A program made the translations under genes and the position numbers. From IMG/VR virus record IMGVR_UViG_3300040801_004840, positions 1 to 37,442 of that record: 37,442 nucleotides of DNA. The stretch is one strand, 5' to 3'. Positions within the stretch are counted from its first letter, which is position 1; each line of letters starts with the position of its first letter. Source of the DNA: a virus. Positions 1 through 9,394 of the stretch are shown one piece after another. Below the pieces are notes generated by a model. It saw nothing but the letters and a program-made list of their open reading frames with translations. It was not told the origin of the DNA and did no database searches.

Positions 1-117
1 TACGGGCACATGTCGCGCGGTTTAGCCCTCTTGCCGCGCGACATTGTAACACTAAGGGGGAAAAGAGGGTGTTTTATGAAAACCATAGAAAAGATACGTG
101 AAACCTTGCAGCGCACA
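1..117. repeat. Terminal direct repeat, copy 1 (identical to 37326-37442)
   Basis: Base-for-base identity checked by eye. It includes the hairpin at 10-44 and the first 14 codons of the MTase gene. Confidence 0.95.
10..44 (+). terminator. GC-rich hairpin after the last fibre gene and before the MTase gene (possible terminator or attenuator)
   Basis: ATGTCGCGCGG (10-20) pairs perfectly with CCGCGCGACAT (34-44), with a 13-nt loop. No U-tract follows. It sits 20 nt after the fibre stop codon when read across the junction. Confidence 0.4.
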
Positions 118-1362
118 GGCCTCAACGACAACGAGAAACGTGAGCAGCTGTTTTACATGTTATTTGCGAAGATTCTTGAAGAGCGATCAATAAGCCCAAG
201 CGGAAAAATGCCTCAAGGATGCCCGGGGCTCTTTGTTGATCTTTTAAGCTCCCGTAATCCCGCGCGTCTCTTAGAGAAGTTATTTAAATACTATCAGGAC
301 GCAATACTTTTGGAGGGTGTTCATTGCAAACTTGGCGACGATTCCGTCAAGGAAATAGCAGAATATATAATACTTAAAAGCCCTATTGCGGATAAGAATG
401 TTATACATACCTTTTATAATGACGTTACAAAAACATTCTCACAAATAGGAGCCCGTAAAAGAGGGCAATACTTCACGCCGCATAATCTTGCCTACATGAT
501 GGCTATTTGTCTGAATATTCAACCCGGTAAAACAATCTATGATCCCGCTTGCGGAAAAGGTGAACTTTTATGCGCCGCGCACGAATATGTTGCCAAAAGA
601 AATACGTCCTGTGATGAACGTCTGTTACATGGCTGTGAAATAGATGATTTAAATTATAGACTCCTGTACCTTTACGCTCTCCTTAATGATATACATGTTT
701 CTAACGCATCCATTGTACGGGGCGACACGCTTTTACGTAAAGATAACAAGACGTACGACTATATTGTTGCGAACATACCGTTCGGTAAACATAAAAAGAC
801 AGAAGATAATAGCGGATTACTTGAGATAGACTTTCTTGACCATATTATTAATAGCACGCGCAAAGAGAGCAAAGCAGCTGTGATCGTACCCGATACACTA
901 TTGTTTTCAAACGGACACTATGCCCGTATCCGTAAAAGACTCCTTAATGAAACAAACCTTCATACAATCTTACGACTTCCTACGAATATGTTCGCACCTA
1001 TGTACAACAAAACAAGTATTCTGTTTTTTGACGGCAACCACCCTACGGAAAACCTTATAACCTATACCATGCGTAAAGGAAAAAAGGAAAATCCGTCACT
1101 ACCCGCGTATTATTTGCCGTTCGTAAGAACATTCAAAAAAAACCGTGTTGAAACTTTAAAGGAGGCGTACAAAAATAGGTTCGCCAAGGTGCTTACACGA
1201 GAAGAGATAAGAAAACGTGATGACGAAGATATTTACCCACTCTTTGACGATTTTACAAAAAAGGAAGAAGATGATGGGCCTACGTTAACATCTTTCGTTA
1301 AAAACAAGCTGGAAACCTTAGTACTGATGATACAAAAGGCCCTTGGTAAGTTCAAAGATTAA
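76..1362 (+). CDS. N6-adenine DNA methyltransferase, HsdM-like (gamma class), orphan
   Basis: Motifs QYFTPH, DPACGKGELL (SAM motif I) and NIPF (motif IV, NPPF/Y class). ATG at 76 is preferred because GAGGG lies 6 nt upstream, whereas the ATG at 10 is inside the hairpin stem. No HsdS or HsdR gene in the window. Confidence 0.75.
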   Translation: MKTIEKIRETLQRTGLNDNEKREQLFYMLFAKILEERSISPSGKMPQGCPGLFVDLLSSRNPARLLEKLFKYYQDAILLEGVHCKLGDDSVKEIAEYIILKSPIADKNVIHTFYNDVTKTFSQIGARKRGQYFTPHNLAYMMAICLNIQPGKTIYDPACGKGELLCAAHEYVAKRNTSCDERLLHGCEIDDLNYRLLYLYALLNDIHVSNASIVRGDTLLRKDNKTYDYIVANIPFGKHKKTEDNSGLLEIDFLDHIINSTRKESKAAVIVPDTLLFSNGHYARIRKRLLNETNLHTILRLPTNMFAPMYNKTSILFFDGNHPTENLITYTMRKGKKENPSLPAYYLPFVRTFKKNRVETLKEAYKNRFAKVLTREEIRKRDDEDIYPLFDDFTKKEEDDGPTLTSFVKNKLETLVLMIQKALGKFKD

Positions 1363-1688
1363 GATCCATGTACAGTGAAAAGACAATTTAAGACAAGAAC
1401 AACAGCAAATATGCGCGCTGCTAACTCATAGACACTTGAAGACGACTTAAGGACCATCCCTAAAGTAACGGCATAAAAAATAATTATCGAATAGTCCGGC
1501 CTACCTGTTGGAGTTAAAAACGTCAACTTGTGTTGATAGGGCGTAAGCCGCATATATATAAGACACGCGGTATTAATAATCAATGTTGCCGCAATGTTTA
1601 TATATATATACGAATGAGGTGGAAAACGAAGCTCAAGCCAAAGCAAAAATAATGAAGATATCGTAACACAAATTAACGTTTTTAACAT
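1359..1688 (-). CDS. Small membrane protein with 4 predicted TM helices (holin-like candidate)
   Basis: 109 aa with four hydrophobic stretches. It is the last gene of the minus-strand late operon. Its stop overlaps the MTase stop in TTAA. Confidence 0.55.
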   Translation of the reverse strand: MLKTLICVTISSLFLLWLELRFPPHSYIYINIAATLIINTACLIYMRLTPYQHKLTFLTPTGRPDYSIIIFYAVTLGMVLKSSSSVYELAARIFAVVLVLNCLFTVHGS

Positions 1689-1696
1689 ATTTATCC

Positions 1697-2161
1697 TTAA
1701 ACAGGACCGGTAAGAGTCCCACCTATCATAGCTGTCCCAATTGCTACTTTATTAGCCACTTTTGTTACTGTCGGCCCGATAGTTGCCATTGTAGCCTCAT
1801 AAGCCTCGTTACCTCCGACATAACGCGTGACACCATAAACCACTACTCTCACGCCACCTTCAACGGCTACTTTCCCTACAAATGCCCCTATAGTCGCGCC
1901 CCACACACCCCCGGCACGCAAAGGAACAAATGGCCTGATCCCTACACTTCCGTCTTCGTAGTGTACAGGTAGCAACGTACCGCCTTTTTCAAGAAAGCTT
2001 TCTATTTGTGTTCCATTAAGTTTCCTTAAAGACTTATCTATGTTTTCTACAGGAACCGTCTTGAATCCATTCCTCGTTTGTACCTGATATTCAAGCGGCG
2101 GTTGAGAAAACGCAGGTAAAGATAACAAAATAAACAGTGATAGAAAGAGCTTTTTAAACAT
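1697..2161 (-). CDS. Secreted glycine-zipper protein
   Basis: Signal-peptide-like N-terminus MFKKLFLSLFILLSLPAFSQ. GxxxGxxxGxxxG motif in GVWGATIGAFVG, and a second Gly-rich hydrophobic C-terminus. AAAGGGG SD upstream. Confidence 0.6.
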   Translation of the reverse strand: MFKKLFLSLFILLSLPAFSQPPLEYQVQTRNGFKTVPVENIDKSLRKLNGTQIESFLEKGGTLLPVHYEDGSVGIRPFVPLRAGGVWGATIGAFVGKVAVEGGVRVVVYGVTRYVGGNEAYEATMATIGPTVTKVANKVAIGTAMIGGTLTGPV

Positions 2162-2237
2162 AAAGACCCCTTTGTTAGAAATTTATTATATTACTGTTTT
2201 TAATGCTATCTTTTTTAAAGAATTAAATCAAATTCAT

Positions 2238-4463
2238 TTAAAAACTTATCATGTCGTACCCTACAGGCCTACACTGAAAGACAAAAGCGTGTACATCAAA
2301 GAAGTTAAGAGCTTTTCCCCTGTCGCGCATTTGGGCGTCGGACAATGTCACAACCAACTGCAAAGATTGGCCTACGGTATTAAGATAGAGATTGCGCCAC
2401 AACATTCTTGAATATGTTTCCATTGGAGAAAGATCATAAGGCGTAAGGCTTACTACCTGTGTACCCAAGCTGCTGTTTGTATAGGAGCCTTCTTGGACAA
2501 GATCAAGGTTGGAATAGGAGGGTAAGCATTGCACGGTAAGTTCTCCACCGTCGCTACGGTTAACAAGTATGTCCGCGCGGGATATAGCCACCTGTACATT
2601 ATTTTTGACATAAAAGTTAAACTCTTTTGTCTGTATAAGAGGGCGGGAGACTAGGGTCATAGTACCGTTACCCCTATAGACAACATTGGGTACTACATCA
2701 TCCGGGTGTAAGACTATCTGCAAGACGTCACGACTTAAAGGATAAACCTGATATATTTTATCATTAAAGAATGTTTGACCTAAACAATGTTCTATTAAGA
2801 CATAGGTACCGTAATTAATGTTATGGGCGTAGGAGGTAATACGGTAATTGACGCTGTCTATTTCAGAAATTTGTAAAGCCAGTGAATTCTTGCCGAGATC
2901 ATTTTCGATGATAAAGGTAAAGCCCTGCTGGTTACCCGCTATTATTCTTTGTGGTGCACTTTGCAGATCGTCATCGGTCCACAAAGCTGTATAGTCGTCC
3001 CATATTGCTGTAATTGTGTCCCATGTAAGGCTGGTAGTTTGGGCAAAGTACCCGAACGCCGTAACGCAATCATCAAAGAATGACCAAGAGCCATTACGAT
3101 AGTTATAGGCCAGTATTCTGTTGGGATATTGATTATCATATTCGGTTATATTGTTAGCATCTACAAAGGACCAATAAATCATTTCCGTTTGAAGGTCACG
3201 AACACCATAGGTTTTATTAAACGCTGTCTGGTCACCATAAATACGGGCTATTTCACCGTGTATTTTCTCATCTATACGGGCTACACTTGACCCGTTACAT
3301 GAATGTATTCCGGTTGCGCCAATAGCTAACATAGCATCGTCAAAGTTAATCTGTGAGAATGTAGCCTGACAACCCAATTCAGAATTGATTTGTTGCCACA
3401 TAAACGGAATAACTTCGTTATTGGTATAGACAAGCTCATAGGTGGATTTTTCAAAGTAGACAATCAACCTATTTTTGATAATTCCTGCCGTTACAATAGC
3501 CTCCTTTGTAGGAGCGTCAAACCTGAATCCTCTACCCGGTACATATTCGTCCCAAGCGTTTACGTTTATAGGAGACTGATTAGGCCAAGAGCAGCGCATT
3601 CTATTCACAAAACGACTGTCTGCGGCTCCTGTTGTTTCCAAGGTGTTAAGTGCTACAAGCCTACCCTGGAATCCTATTATAATCTTAGCTGTTTTCAGAC
3701 GTGTATTTGTGTTGCTGTTAACAACAGGACCTCCAAGGCCAGCGCCTCCCAGGTCTGTCCATGTACCGGCAACGCCGTCATAATATTTAATACCGTCATG
3801 GTTGTTCGTAGTGAAAAGAAGATCAACATTATCAAAGTCGCCATGCCAGGAATATGACCAGAAATAATTATTATTATCGCCTGTCCAAAGGCCATCCCCA
3901 AGTCTTTCCCAGTGATTGGCGACGCGTTGATACGCAAACTGTTTATCAAACGCGTACGTAGGATTGCTGTTTATATTGCCTATTTTATACGTAGCGAAAC
4001 CCATAACAGGGTCACAAGGAAAGAAATACACATTAGCATTTGCATAGGCCGGAGAAAGATTAAGCGTTACGGTAGTTCCTACATATGTTCCTGTATATAG
4101 AGGATTAGCCGCCTTGAAAGTTCCGCCTGCTAAAGCAATGAAAGTCGTCACCACACCTGTCAGTGAGACAACCCCTATCATTTGGCCGGCTCTTATATTT
4201 GCGCCAGGTATATCTATAGGCGGAGCAGTTACACCGGTCGCGTCAAGTTGTCCTATATAGATCATCAAACGGGTAGAATATTGTTGTAAATTAGTAGCTA
4301 CACCCTGATATAATGGACGTTCGCCGAAACGCTTTCGTGTAACGCCTTCATATATATACGCGTTATTAGCTGTTACAAACGCGTCTTCAGGAGCAAGCCA
4401 TGGTTTGACGTTGGTGACTAAGCCACTGTTGAGCGGCGCAATCGCAAAGCGGTCGTACTTCAT
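2238..4463 (-). CDS. Large virion structural protein (possible tail tube/nozzle, T7 gp12-like position)
   Basis: 741 aa with an AGGAAG SD. It follows a ~200-aa protein, as in the T7 gp11/gp12 order. The function is positional only. Confidence 0.55.
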   Translation of the reverse strand: MKYDRFAIAPLNSGLVTNVKPWLAPEDAFVTANNAYIYEGVTRKRFGERPLYQGVATNLQQYSTRLMIYIGQLDATGVTAPPIDIPGANIRAGQMIGVVSLTGVVTTFIALAGGTFKAANPLYTGTYVGTTVTLNLSPAYANANVYFFPCDPVMGFATYKIGNINSNPTYAFDKQFAYQRVANHWERLGDGLWTGDNNNYFWSYSWHGDFDNVDLLFTTNNHDGIKYYDGVAGTWTDLGGAGLGGPVVNSNTNTRLKTAKIIIGFQGRLVALNTLETTGAADSRFVNRMRCSWPNQSPINVNAWDEYVPGRGFRFDAPTKEAIVTAGIIKNRLIVYFEKSTYELVYTNNEVIPFMWQQINSELGCQATFSQINFDDAMLAIGATGIHSCNGSSVARIDEKIHGEIARIYGDQTAFNKTYGVRDLQTEMIYWSFVDANNITEYDNQYPNRILAYNYRNGSWSFFDDCVTAFGYFAQTTSLTWDTITAIWDDYTALWTDDDLQSAPQRIIAGNQQGFTFIIENDLGKNSLALQISEIDSVNYRITSYAHNINYGTYVLIEHCLGQTFFNDKIYQVYPLSRDVLQIVLHPDDVVPNVVYRGNGTMTLVSRPLIQTKEFNFYVKNNVQVAISRADILVNRSDGGELTVQCLPSYSNLDLVQEGSYTNSSLGTQVVSLTPYDLSPMETYSRMLWRNLYLNTVGQSLQLVVTLSDAQMRDRGKALNFFDVHAFVFQCRPVGYDMISF

Positions 4464-4470
4464 TGTCTTC

Positions 4471-5088
4471 CTAAACTGTTATTGCACCTATGACGAACCA
4501 GGTAACAAAAATTCCTTGCTCACCGTAAACATACAGCTGATCATAAGGCCCCGCATTTGCAAATCTTACATAAATATTTTTATAGTTAGCAAAAGCTGCG
4601 CTTGTTCCTGTTGGGGTGACCACTGCGTAAGGCCGCTGATTGAAAGAAGCGACAGGAGCTATGTTAACAATATTTTGCGTGTTTGTAGCAGCCGTGAGTT
4701 CGTTTTGGCCGTACACCAGTATTATAGTATCTGAAAGCATAACCCAGCTATACGTTGCAGCAACAGCCGTGCTTGACGGCACATAAGGGTTTTGTCGTGC
4801 GGTAATAGGAAAAGAGGCTACGCCGTTACGCTTTATGTAAAGCTCACTTCTTCCCGATGGAGCATAATTTTTGCAATAAAGGTTTATGTTGTTGGCGGAA
4901 GGATCGGGGTTATCAGCCCTTAAAACAAACTCAGTAAGGTTATGTTTTCCCTGATGGGCTGCATCTCCGCTAAATGTTACGTGGTTTTGGCCGATAAGCG
5001 TTTCGATCTCCTGAAAATTGCTCTGTATCTGCGGCCGTGACGCATTTATTCTTTGTCCTACTTGCGGGACGTTTCTATAGTAAGGCAT
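4471..5088 (-). CDS. Virion structural protein (tail tubular A-like position)
   Basis: 205 aa with an AAGGAAA SD. The N-terminal motif SNFQEIETLIGQNHV resembles REFKDFMVQLRNSV in ORF 25098-25643. Confidence 0.55.
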   Translation of the reverse strand: MPYYRNVPQVGQRINASRPQIQSNFQEIETLIGQNHVTFSGDAAHQGKHNLTEFVLRADNPDPSANNINLYCKNYAPSGRSELYIKRNGVASFPITARQNPYVPSSTAVAATYSWVMLSDTIILVYGQNELTAATNTQNIVNIAPVASFNQRPYAVVTPTGTSAAFANYKNIYVRFANAGPYDQLYVYGEQGIFVTWFVIGAITV

Positions 5089-5096
5089 AGCTTTCC

Positions 5097-6104
5097 TTAA
5101 TAAAGAGTATCATCAAAGTACCACCCTCTTTTTTTAAGTGTATATGTTTCATACGCGGTTACACTCTTACTTTCCGACAGTTGGAGCGTTTTTTTACGGG
5201 TTATAAGTGTTTCCTGTTCTTTCAAACCCGGCATTATAAGCTGTACACCTTCCAAGTCCTTACGGTCTTCAAGTATCTTTTTAGCTGTACCATACGCGAT
5301 ATATTGCCACCATTGCTCAAGTTCGGGTATATCGGCGTCATCTTCAAAAGCAGCAGGCGACATAATTGCGTCTATCGTAACCGAATAAGTTTTATCCGGT
5401 ACAGGCCTCAAGTGCATAACATCGTTAAACAGAAAAAGAACGTAAGGCATTCCTACACTTGCAACTGAATACTCCGCTTCAATGCTTACATTTGCCGGAG
5501 GATTGGTGAAAATAGGCGTTACAAGGCCCGTTATGTAATTTATTGTACCGCGGGCAGTAGGATCATTAGGATCTATAAAAGTCCCTACGGTCAACGGCTG
5601 ACCGTTTATAGTTGTCGGAACATCTGAAAGAACAAGTGCTCTTCTGTCACCAAACGGACCGGTATAGTAACTTGAGATTGTAACCGTATTTTGTATAACA
5701 GGCTTATAAGATAATGTGGCTGCAAAGGCAACGTCGACGCTGTTGCCCGTTGCTATCGTTTCACGGTACTTAGTTTCTTGATAATAGCGACTAAACAGCT
5801 CGTGAGACGTCACAAGTTCAGCAATATTCCCACCGATACGAACAGGGCCCGTCATATTTATATATTTGTTTTTAAGATTATAAAGCGGCTTTGTTGCCAA
5901 TATGCTGGTAAGGTAATACGGAATATTAGGGGCCGTATAGAACCGTAGCGTCTTTTTAAGATTAAGAATTATGTCCTTGTAAGGCATATCATACAAGGTA
6001 AATGTATTGATATAGTCGAGTAAATTAGCGTCGGTTAGTTGCGCGGTTGACTGCGAACTTGTTAATATACGTACCTTTCTCTTAATATCGGCTAACGTTG
6101 CCAT
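5097..6104 (-). CDS. Virion structural protein (adaptor candidate)
   Basis: 335 aa in the structural operon. Its start is coupled to the upstream stop by a TAATG overlap at 6102-6106. Confidence 0.5.
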   Translation of the reverse strand: MATLADIKRKVRILTSSQSTAQLTDANLLDYINTFTLYDMPYKDIILNLKKTLRFYTAPNIPYYLTSILATKPLYNLKNKYINMTGPVRIGGNIAELVTSHELFSRYYQETKYRETIATGNSVDVAFAATLSYKPVIQNTVTISSYYTGPFGDRRALVLSDVPTTINGQPLTVGTFIDPNDPTARGTINYITGLVTPIFTNPPANVSIEAEYSVASVGMPYVLFLFNDVMHLRPVPDKTYSVTIDAIMSPAAFEDDADIPELEQWWQYIAYGTAKKILEDRKDLEGVQLIMPGLKEQETLITRKKTLQLSESKSVTAYETYTLKKRGWYFDDTLY

Positions 6105-6475
6105 TAGACACCCGGACGCTGTATAAGAGGAATATCAAACATCTCAGTTGAAACAAAGCCCATACGTTGAATATATCTATCAAGAATCTGGTCATGCTTA
6201 CCCTTCTCTATTTCAATATGCTTATGGAGAGGATATCTGCAATTGTTGTTAATATACTGAGCAAGAACGAGAGGGATCTCATACTCATGTTCATCAGTAA
6301 GCTCATATACGGTAATAGGATCATGAGGGAAAAACTTAAACGGAAAGCGAGCAGTTTGTCCCGGCTGTTCATAGTACTTAAATACTCCACGAACTTTCTC
6401 ATTTCCCTTGTCGCGAGCATATTCAATATTATGAGACTTTTTAACGTTCTCTTTACTTATTTCTTTTGTAGCCAT
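6104..6475 (-). CDS. Hypothetical protein of the structural module
   Basis: 123 aa with an AAGGG SD. It is the first gene after the intrinsic terminator at 6491-6513. Confidence 0.6.
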   Translation of the reverse strand: MATKEISKENVKKSHNIEYARDKGNEKVRGVFKYYEQPGQTARFPFKFFPHDPITVYELTDEHEYEIPLVLAQYINNNCRYPLHKHIEIEKGKHDQILDRYIQRMGFVSTEMFDIPLIQRPGV

Positions 6476-6490
6476 AATTGCCCTTTTTTA

Positions 6491-6513
6491 TAAAAAAAGC
6501 CCCCGTAGGGGCT
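6491..6513 (-). terminator. Rho-independent terminator after the capsid gene pair
   Basis: Minus strand reads AGCCCC-TACG-GGGGCT followed by TTTTTTAT. It starts 7 nt after the stop of ORF 6520-7563. Confidence 0.7.
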
Positions 6514-6519
6514 CATCGA

Positions 6520-7563
6520 TTAAAGGTTGAAACTTTTATATGCTGTCCAATAAAGAACATCACCATCTCTACCGGCAGGCGAATAGCGCAACGCAGTCAG
6601 ATCAGGACCCGCTGCGGGTATTCCCGCGCCAAGCAAGACGCCTTTGTATCCCTGGTTATAAACAGCGTCAGAGAACAGGTTCGCGTATCCCGGAGCAGCA
6701 CCATTTAAAGTTGAATCTTCACCCGCCGGCGACACATTTGCGTAAGAGCATGGCACGTCAGCTAATAAAGGCCATTCGAAAGCAGTATAGGTACTTACAT
6801 CAATATCGACAGTGAATAAATTGTAGTTACCACCTGTGTTTACGGCGGTAATTGTTCCTACTTGTCCGTTAAGTTCGGTCATACCACATGAAGCAGGGAC
6901 GTTAAACCTTACTTTCATACCTACAGCATAATAATGGCGCACAGACGTAGTGATGTTCGCTTGTGTACCGTTGACAGCTACATTGATAACTGTCCTATTT
7001 GTAGGATAGAAAAGGGGGTCAGCCGTATAGGATATAATTCTATATGTTCCGGCGCCGCCAGCGGGCAGTGCTGTCCTGTGAGATGGAAGCGTGAAATTTG
7101 TATTATTAGTTACCGCGGTAACAGTGTAGTCAATACCGCATATTGTAGGAGTATTAGCAATACTGTAAAGACGGATTACAGTTTCATTAATAAATAAGCT
7201 TGCTGTATTCGCAGCCGAAACAACAGGATTGGCGGCAGGGGTAGTTGCTGTAGTTGCACGTGCTGCACTTGGTGTTTGCGTAGTGCTATCAAATACGGTA
7301 ATGCCACGTGTACTTGCCGCGGCTCCTCCGGTTGCCACTATTGCAGCAGTATTAGCAAAAAAATGATCGGCTAAATTAGTTTCATGAATAGCATTGTTGT
7401 CGCCCATACCATATTGCCATGTCCATCTGAATGCTGAATTAGCAGTATACGCAGACGCTAATGTATAATTAAATATTTGAAAATAGTCACATCCGGAAGG
7501 GATCCGTAAAACACGGGAAAGACCGTCAGACGTGAAGCTACCTTGTGTTAAAATAGTATTCAT
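6520..7563 (-). CDS. Capsid-associated protein (decoration or head-fibre candidate)
   Basis: 347 aa counted from ATG 7563, which has AAGGAG 7 nt upstream and overlaps the capsid stop as TAATG. It has a Thr/Ala-rich linker and two small beta-barrel-like repeats (..GIDYTVTAV.., ..LNGQVGTITAV..). It is co-terminated with the capsid gene. Confidence 0.5.
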   Translation of the reverse strand: MNTILTQGSFTSDGLSRVLRIPSGCDYFQIFNYTLASAYTANSAFRWTWQYGMGDNNAIHETNLADHFFANTAAIVATGGAAASTRGITVFDSTTQTPSAARATTATTPAANPVVSAANTASLFINETVIRLYSIANTPTICGIDYTVTAVTNNTNFTLPSHRTALPAGGAGTYRIISYTADPLFYPTNRTVINVAVNGTQANITTSVRHYYAVGMKVRFNVPASCGMTELNGQVGTITAVNTGGNYNLFTVDIDVSTYTAFEWPLLADVPCSYANVSPAGEDSTLNGAAPGYANLFSDAVYNQGYKGVLLGAGIPAAGPDLTALRYSPAGRDGDVLYWTAYKSFNL

Positions 7564-8516
7564 TATCTGCTCCTTGTGCAACGGAGGTTGACGACCCACG
7601 CATCATTCAAGATACGGGTAGTAAACGCGGCTTTCCAAGCAGCTGTACTATTCTGCCTTAGTGGACCACCCGCGTATACCGGTGAATTATAAATAAATTG
7701 TGGCGGATATCCTTCTTGGTCAACTATTCCGTATCCTTCAACACCGGAAAAGATAACATTATATACCGTTGCGCCGTTAAACGATCCTACGGGGGTTGTT
7801 GAACCTCCTGAACTTCCTAAGAAACGGGCATATCCGTATGTTCCGATTTCGGCAGGGAGAACGTTTTCCTGGTTGGGGTATTCAGCTTTATTACGGAATC
7901 CGTTGATATTATGCAGATCACCAATAAGATCGGTATGACAGAAAGCAAAATACGCGTCGAAAGTTGGAGCTGTTCCGAATTTCATAGCACCCTCACGCAT
8001 CTCTGAAAGCGGTATAGCATCTTCAGATTGCAATTGGGTTGTCACGCCAAAAATATCAGATCCGGTAATTTCGGTAGGTACGTCACCATTAAATCCTGCA
8101 GTACAGTTGATTGCGCCGGCAGAAGCTGAAAGCATGTCACGAATGAGTTCATCTTCTGTTTGTTTGTATTGGATACCTAACTGAATAGCGAAAGCAGTCA
8201 ACACAGGACATTGATTTTGCAAGACGACCTGCTCATTAATACCGATCCATGACCCGTAAAAATCCACCTTTGCATTTACGTATACGCTTGTCACGTTAGT
8301 TGATGGAGGGGTCGCGCCGGTATTACCAAGAGGCACCTTAGCAGCGGCAAGTCTGTTGATACGCTGGAATCTTATAATATTGCCACCACGCGCCGGCATT
8401 GTTCGCCGATCAGCGCACGCGCTATAAATATACTTCCTTGTAGGAGTAGAAAGAAGAATATTATCATACGTGGCTTGTATAGCGGGGGCAAAGTTTGTTG
8501 TTGTAGTCAAAGCCAT
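7563..8516 (-). CDS. Major capsid protein (putative HK97-fold)
   Basis: 317 aa counted from ATG 8516 (AAGGAAA SD), which is shorter than the track ORF. It lies directly downstream of the scaffold-like gene. N-terminus MALTTTTNFAPAIQ. Confidence 0.65.
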   Translation of the reverse strand: MALTTTTNFAPAIQATYDNILLSTPTRKYIYSACADRRTMPARGGNIIRFQRINRLAAAKVPLGNTGATPPSTNVTSVYVNAKVDFYGSWIGINEQVVLQNQCPVLTAFAIQLGIQYKQTEDELIRDMLSASAGAINCTAGFNGDVPTEITGSDIFGVTTQLQSEDAIPLSEMREGAMKFGTAPTFDAYFAFCHTDLIGDLHNINGFRNKAEYPNQENVLPAEIGTYGYARFLGSSGGSTTPVGSFNGATVYNVIFSGVEGYGIVDQEGYPPQFIYNSPVYAGGPLRQNSTAAWKAAFTTRILNDAWVVNLRCTRSR

Positions 8517-8635
8517 TATTTTCCTTAAAAATAAAGAAAAATTATTACACGAGTGTGCGAGGCTCACAATTACGCCGCAGTGATGAGCTGCATATACATC
8601 GTAGGGGTGACGAATTCCCTTTATACGTCTTTAAA

Positions 8636-8665
8636 AGTATAGAAAAGTTTTTTTTAGCATTACAA
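8636..8665 (-). promoter_or_regulatory. Candidate promoter upstream of the capsid gene
   Basis: Minus strand reads TTGTAA, 18-nt spacer, TATACT, inside the 164-nt scaffold-capsid gap. Confidence 0.3.
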
Positions 8666-8680
8666 CTCTCCTTTTTATAT

Positions 8681-9394
8681 TTACGCCTTTTTGGAGAAAT
8701 CAACCATCTGGCTATAGAATTCAGCTCTTTCTTTTTCCGTCATACGCTTTTCGAATGAATGCGCGTGAGCAAGTGGGGTTTGCTGTACAGGCTTAGGCTT
8801 CTTGCTGTTCTCAAGTATTTTTTTCTTCTCGTACTCTTTATCAACGTCATCAAGAACAAACTTCTTAATAAGCTTATAAGCGGAAAGAGCACAGGCCCGT
8901 GTCGAACCTGCGGAATTTGCAGCCGCGGCAAGTTCCGGGTGCTTTTCTCGAAGCTTCTTAATCGTATCATCAGTGACAACAGCATAAAAGTCCGGACATT
9001 TGGCTAATACATACTGTTCATTAAGCTGCTGTTCCTGTTCAACAAGCTTCTGTTCATAACGGGAAAGCTTGTCATCTATTTCTTTTTGTGTTTTCTTAAG
9101 ATGCTTACGCTCCACAAGCTCATCATCAGAATAATCATACTCTTTTGCCTTTTGAGATTCTTCAAGCTGTTTCTTGATACGTTCAATTTCCTGTTGTTGA
9201 GCTAAAACAGCACGTTCTTGTGCTAAAGCGGCACGCTTATACTCTTTAGCCTGTTCACGCAGCTCTCTGAAGTTCTTGGCCTGTATACTCTCTTCAGGCT
9301 CTTGCGGAGTCTGTTCAACCTCTTTTTGAACCTCTTGAGTTTCCTGCTCTACCGTCTCATTAGCAAGAGCCTCTTGCAGTGTCTCTTCTACCAT
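8681..9394 (-). CDS. Scaffolding protein (putative)
   Basis: 237 aa, E/K/Q-rich with predicted long helices. It sits between the portal region and the capsid gene. Confidence 0.55.
   Translation of the reverse strand: MVEETLQEALANETVEQETQEVQKEVEQTPQEPEESIQAKNFRELREQAKEYKRAALAQERAVLAQQQEIERIKKQLEESQKAKEYDYSDDELVERKHLKKTQKEIDDKLSRYEQKLVEQEQQLNEQYVLAKCPDFYAVVTDDTIKKLREKHPELAAAANSAGSTRACALSAYKLIKKFVLDDVDKEYEKKKILENSKKPKPVQQTPLAHAHSFEKRMTEKERAEFYSQMVDFSKKA

Noticed and set aside
10-75. N-terminal extension of the MTase ORF (the track starts at ATG 10)
   Set aside because: The ATG at 10 lies inside the 11-bp hairpin stem and has no SD. The ATG at 76 has GAGGG 6 nt upstream and yields a normal HsdM-like N-terminus.
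1135-1142. A8 homopolymer inside the HsdM-like gene as a phase-variation switch
   Set aside because: Eight A's is short for efficient slippage, and A-runs encoding Lys are common in this AT-leaning genome. It is only worth checking if read data show length heterogeneity.
2172-4734. Six track ORFs of 62-155 aa nested in or antisense to the 741-aa structural gene
   Set aside because: All overlap a long, SD-preceded CDS on the opposite strand or in another frame. Their composition is low-complexity or Cys/Arg-rich and none has an SD. They are typical shadow ORFs. The same reasoning applies to nested ORFs in the portal, capsid, 858-aa and fibre genes (for example 26392-26835 and 30120-31467).
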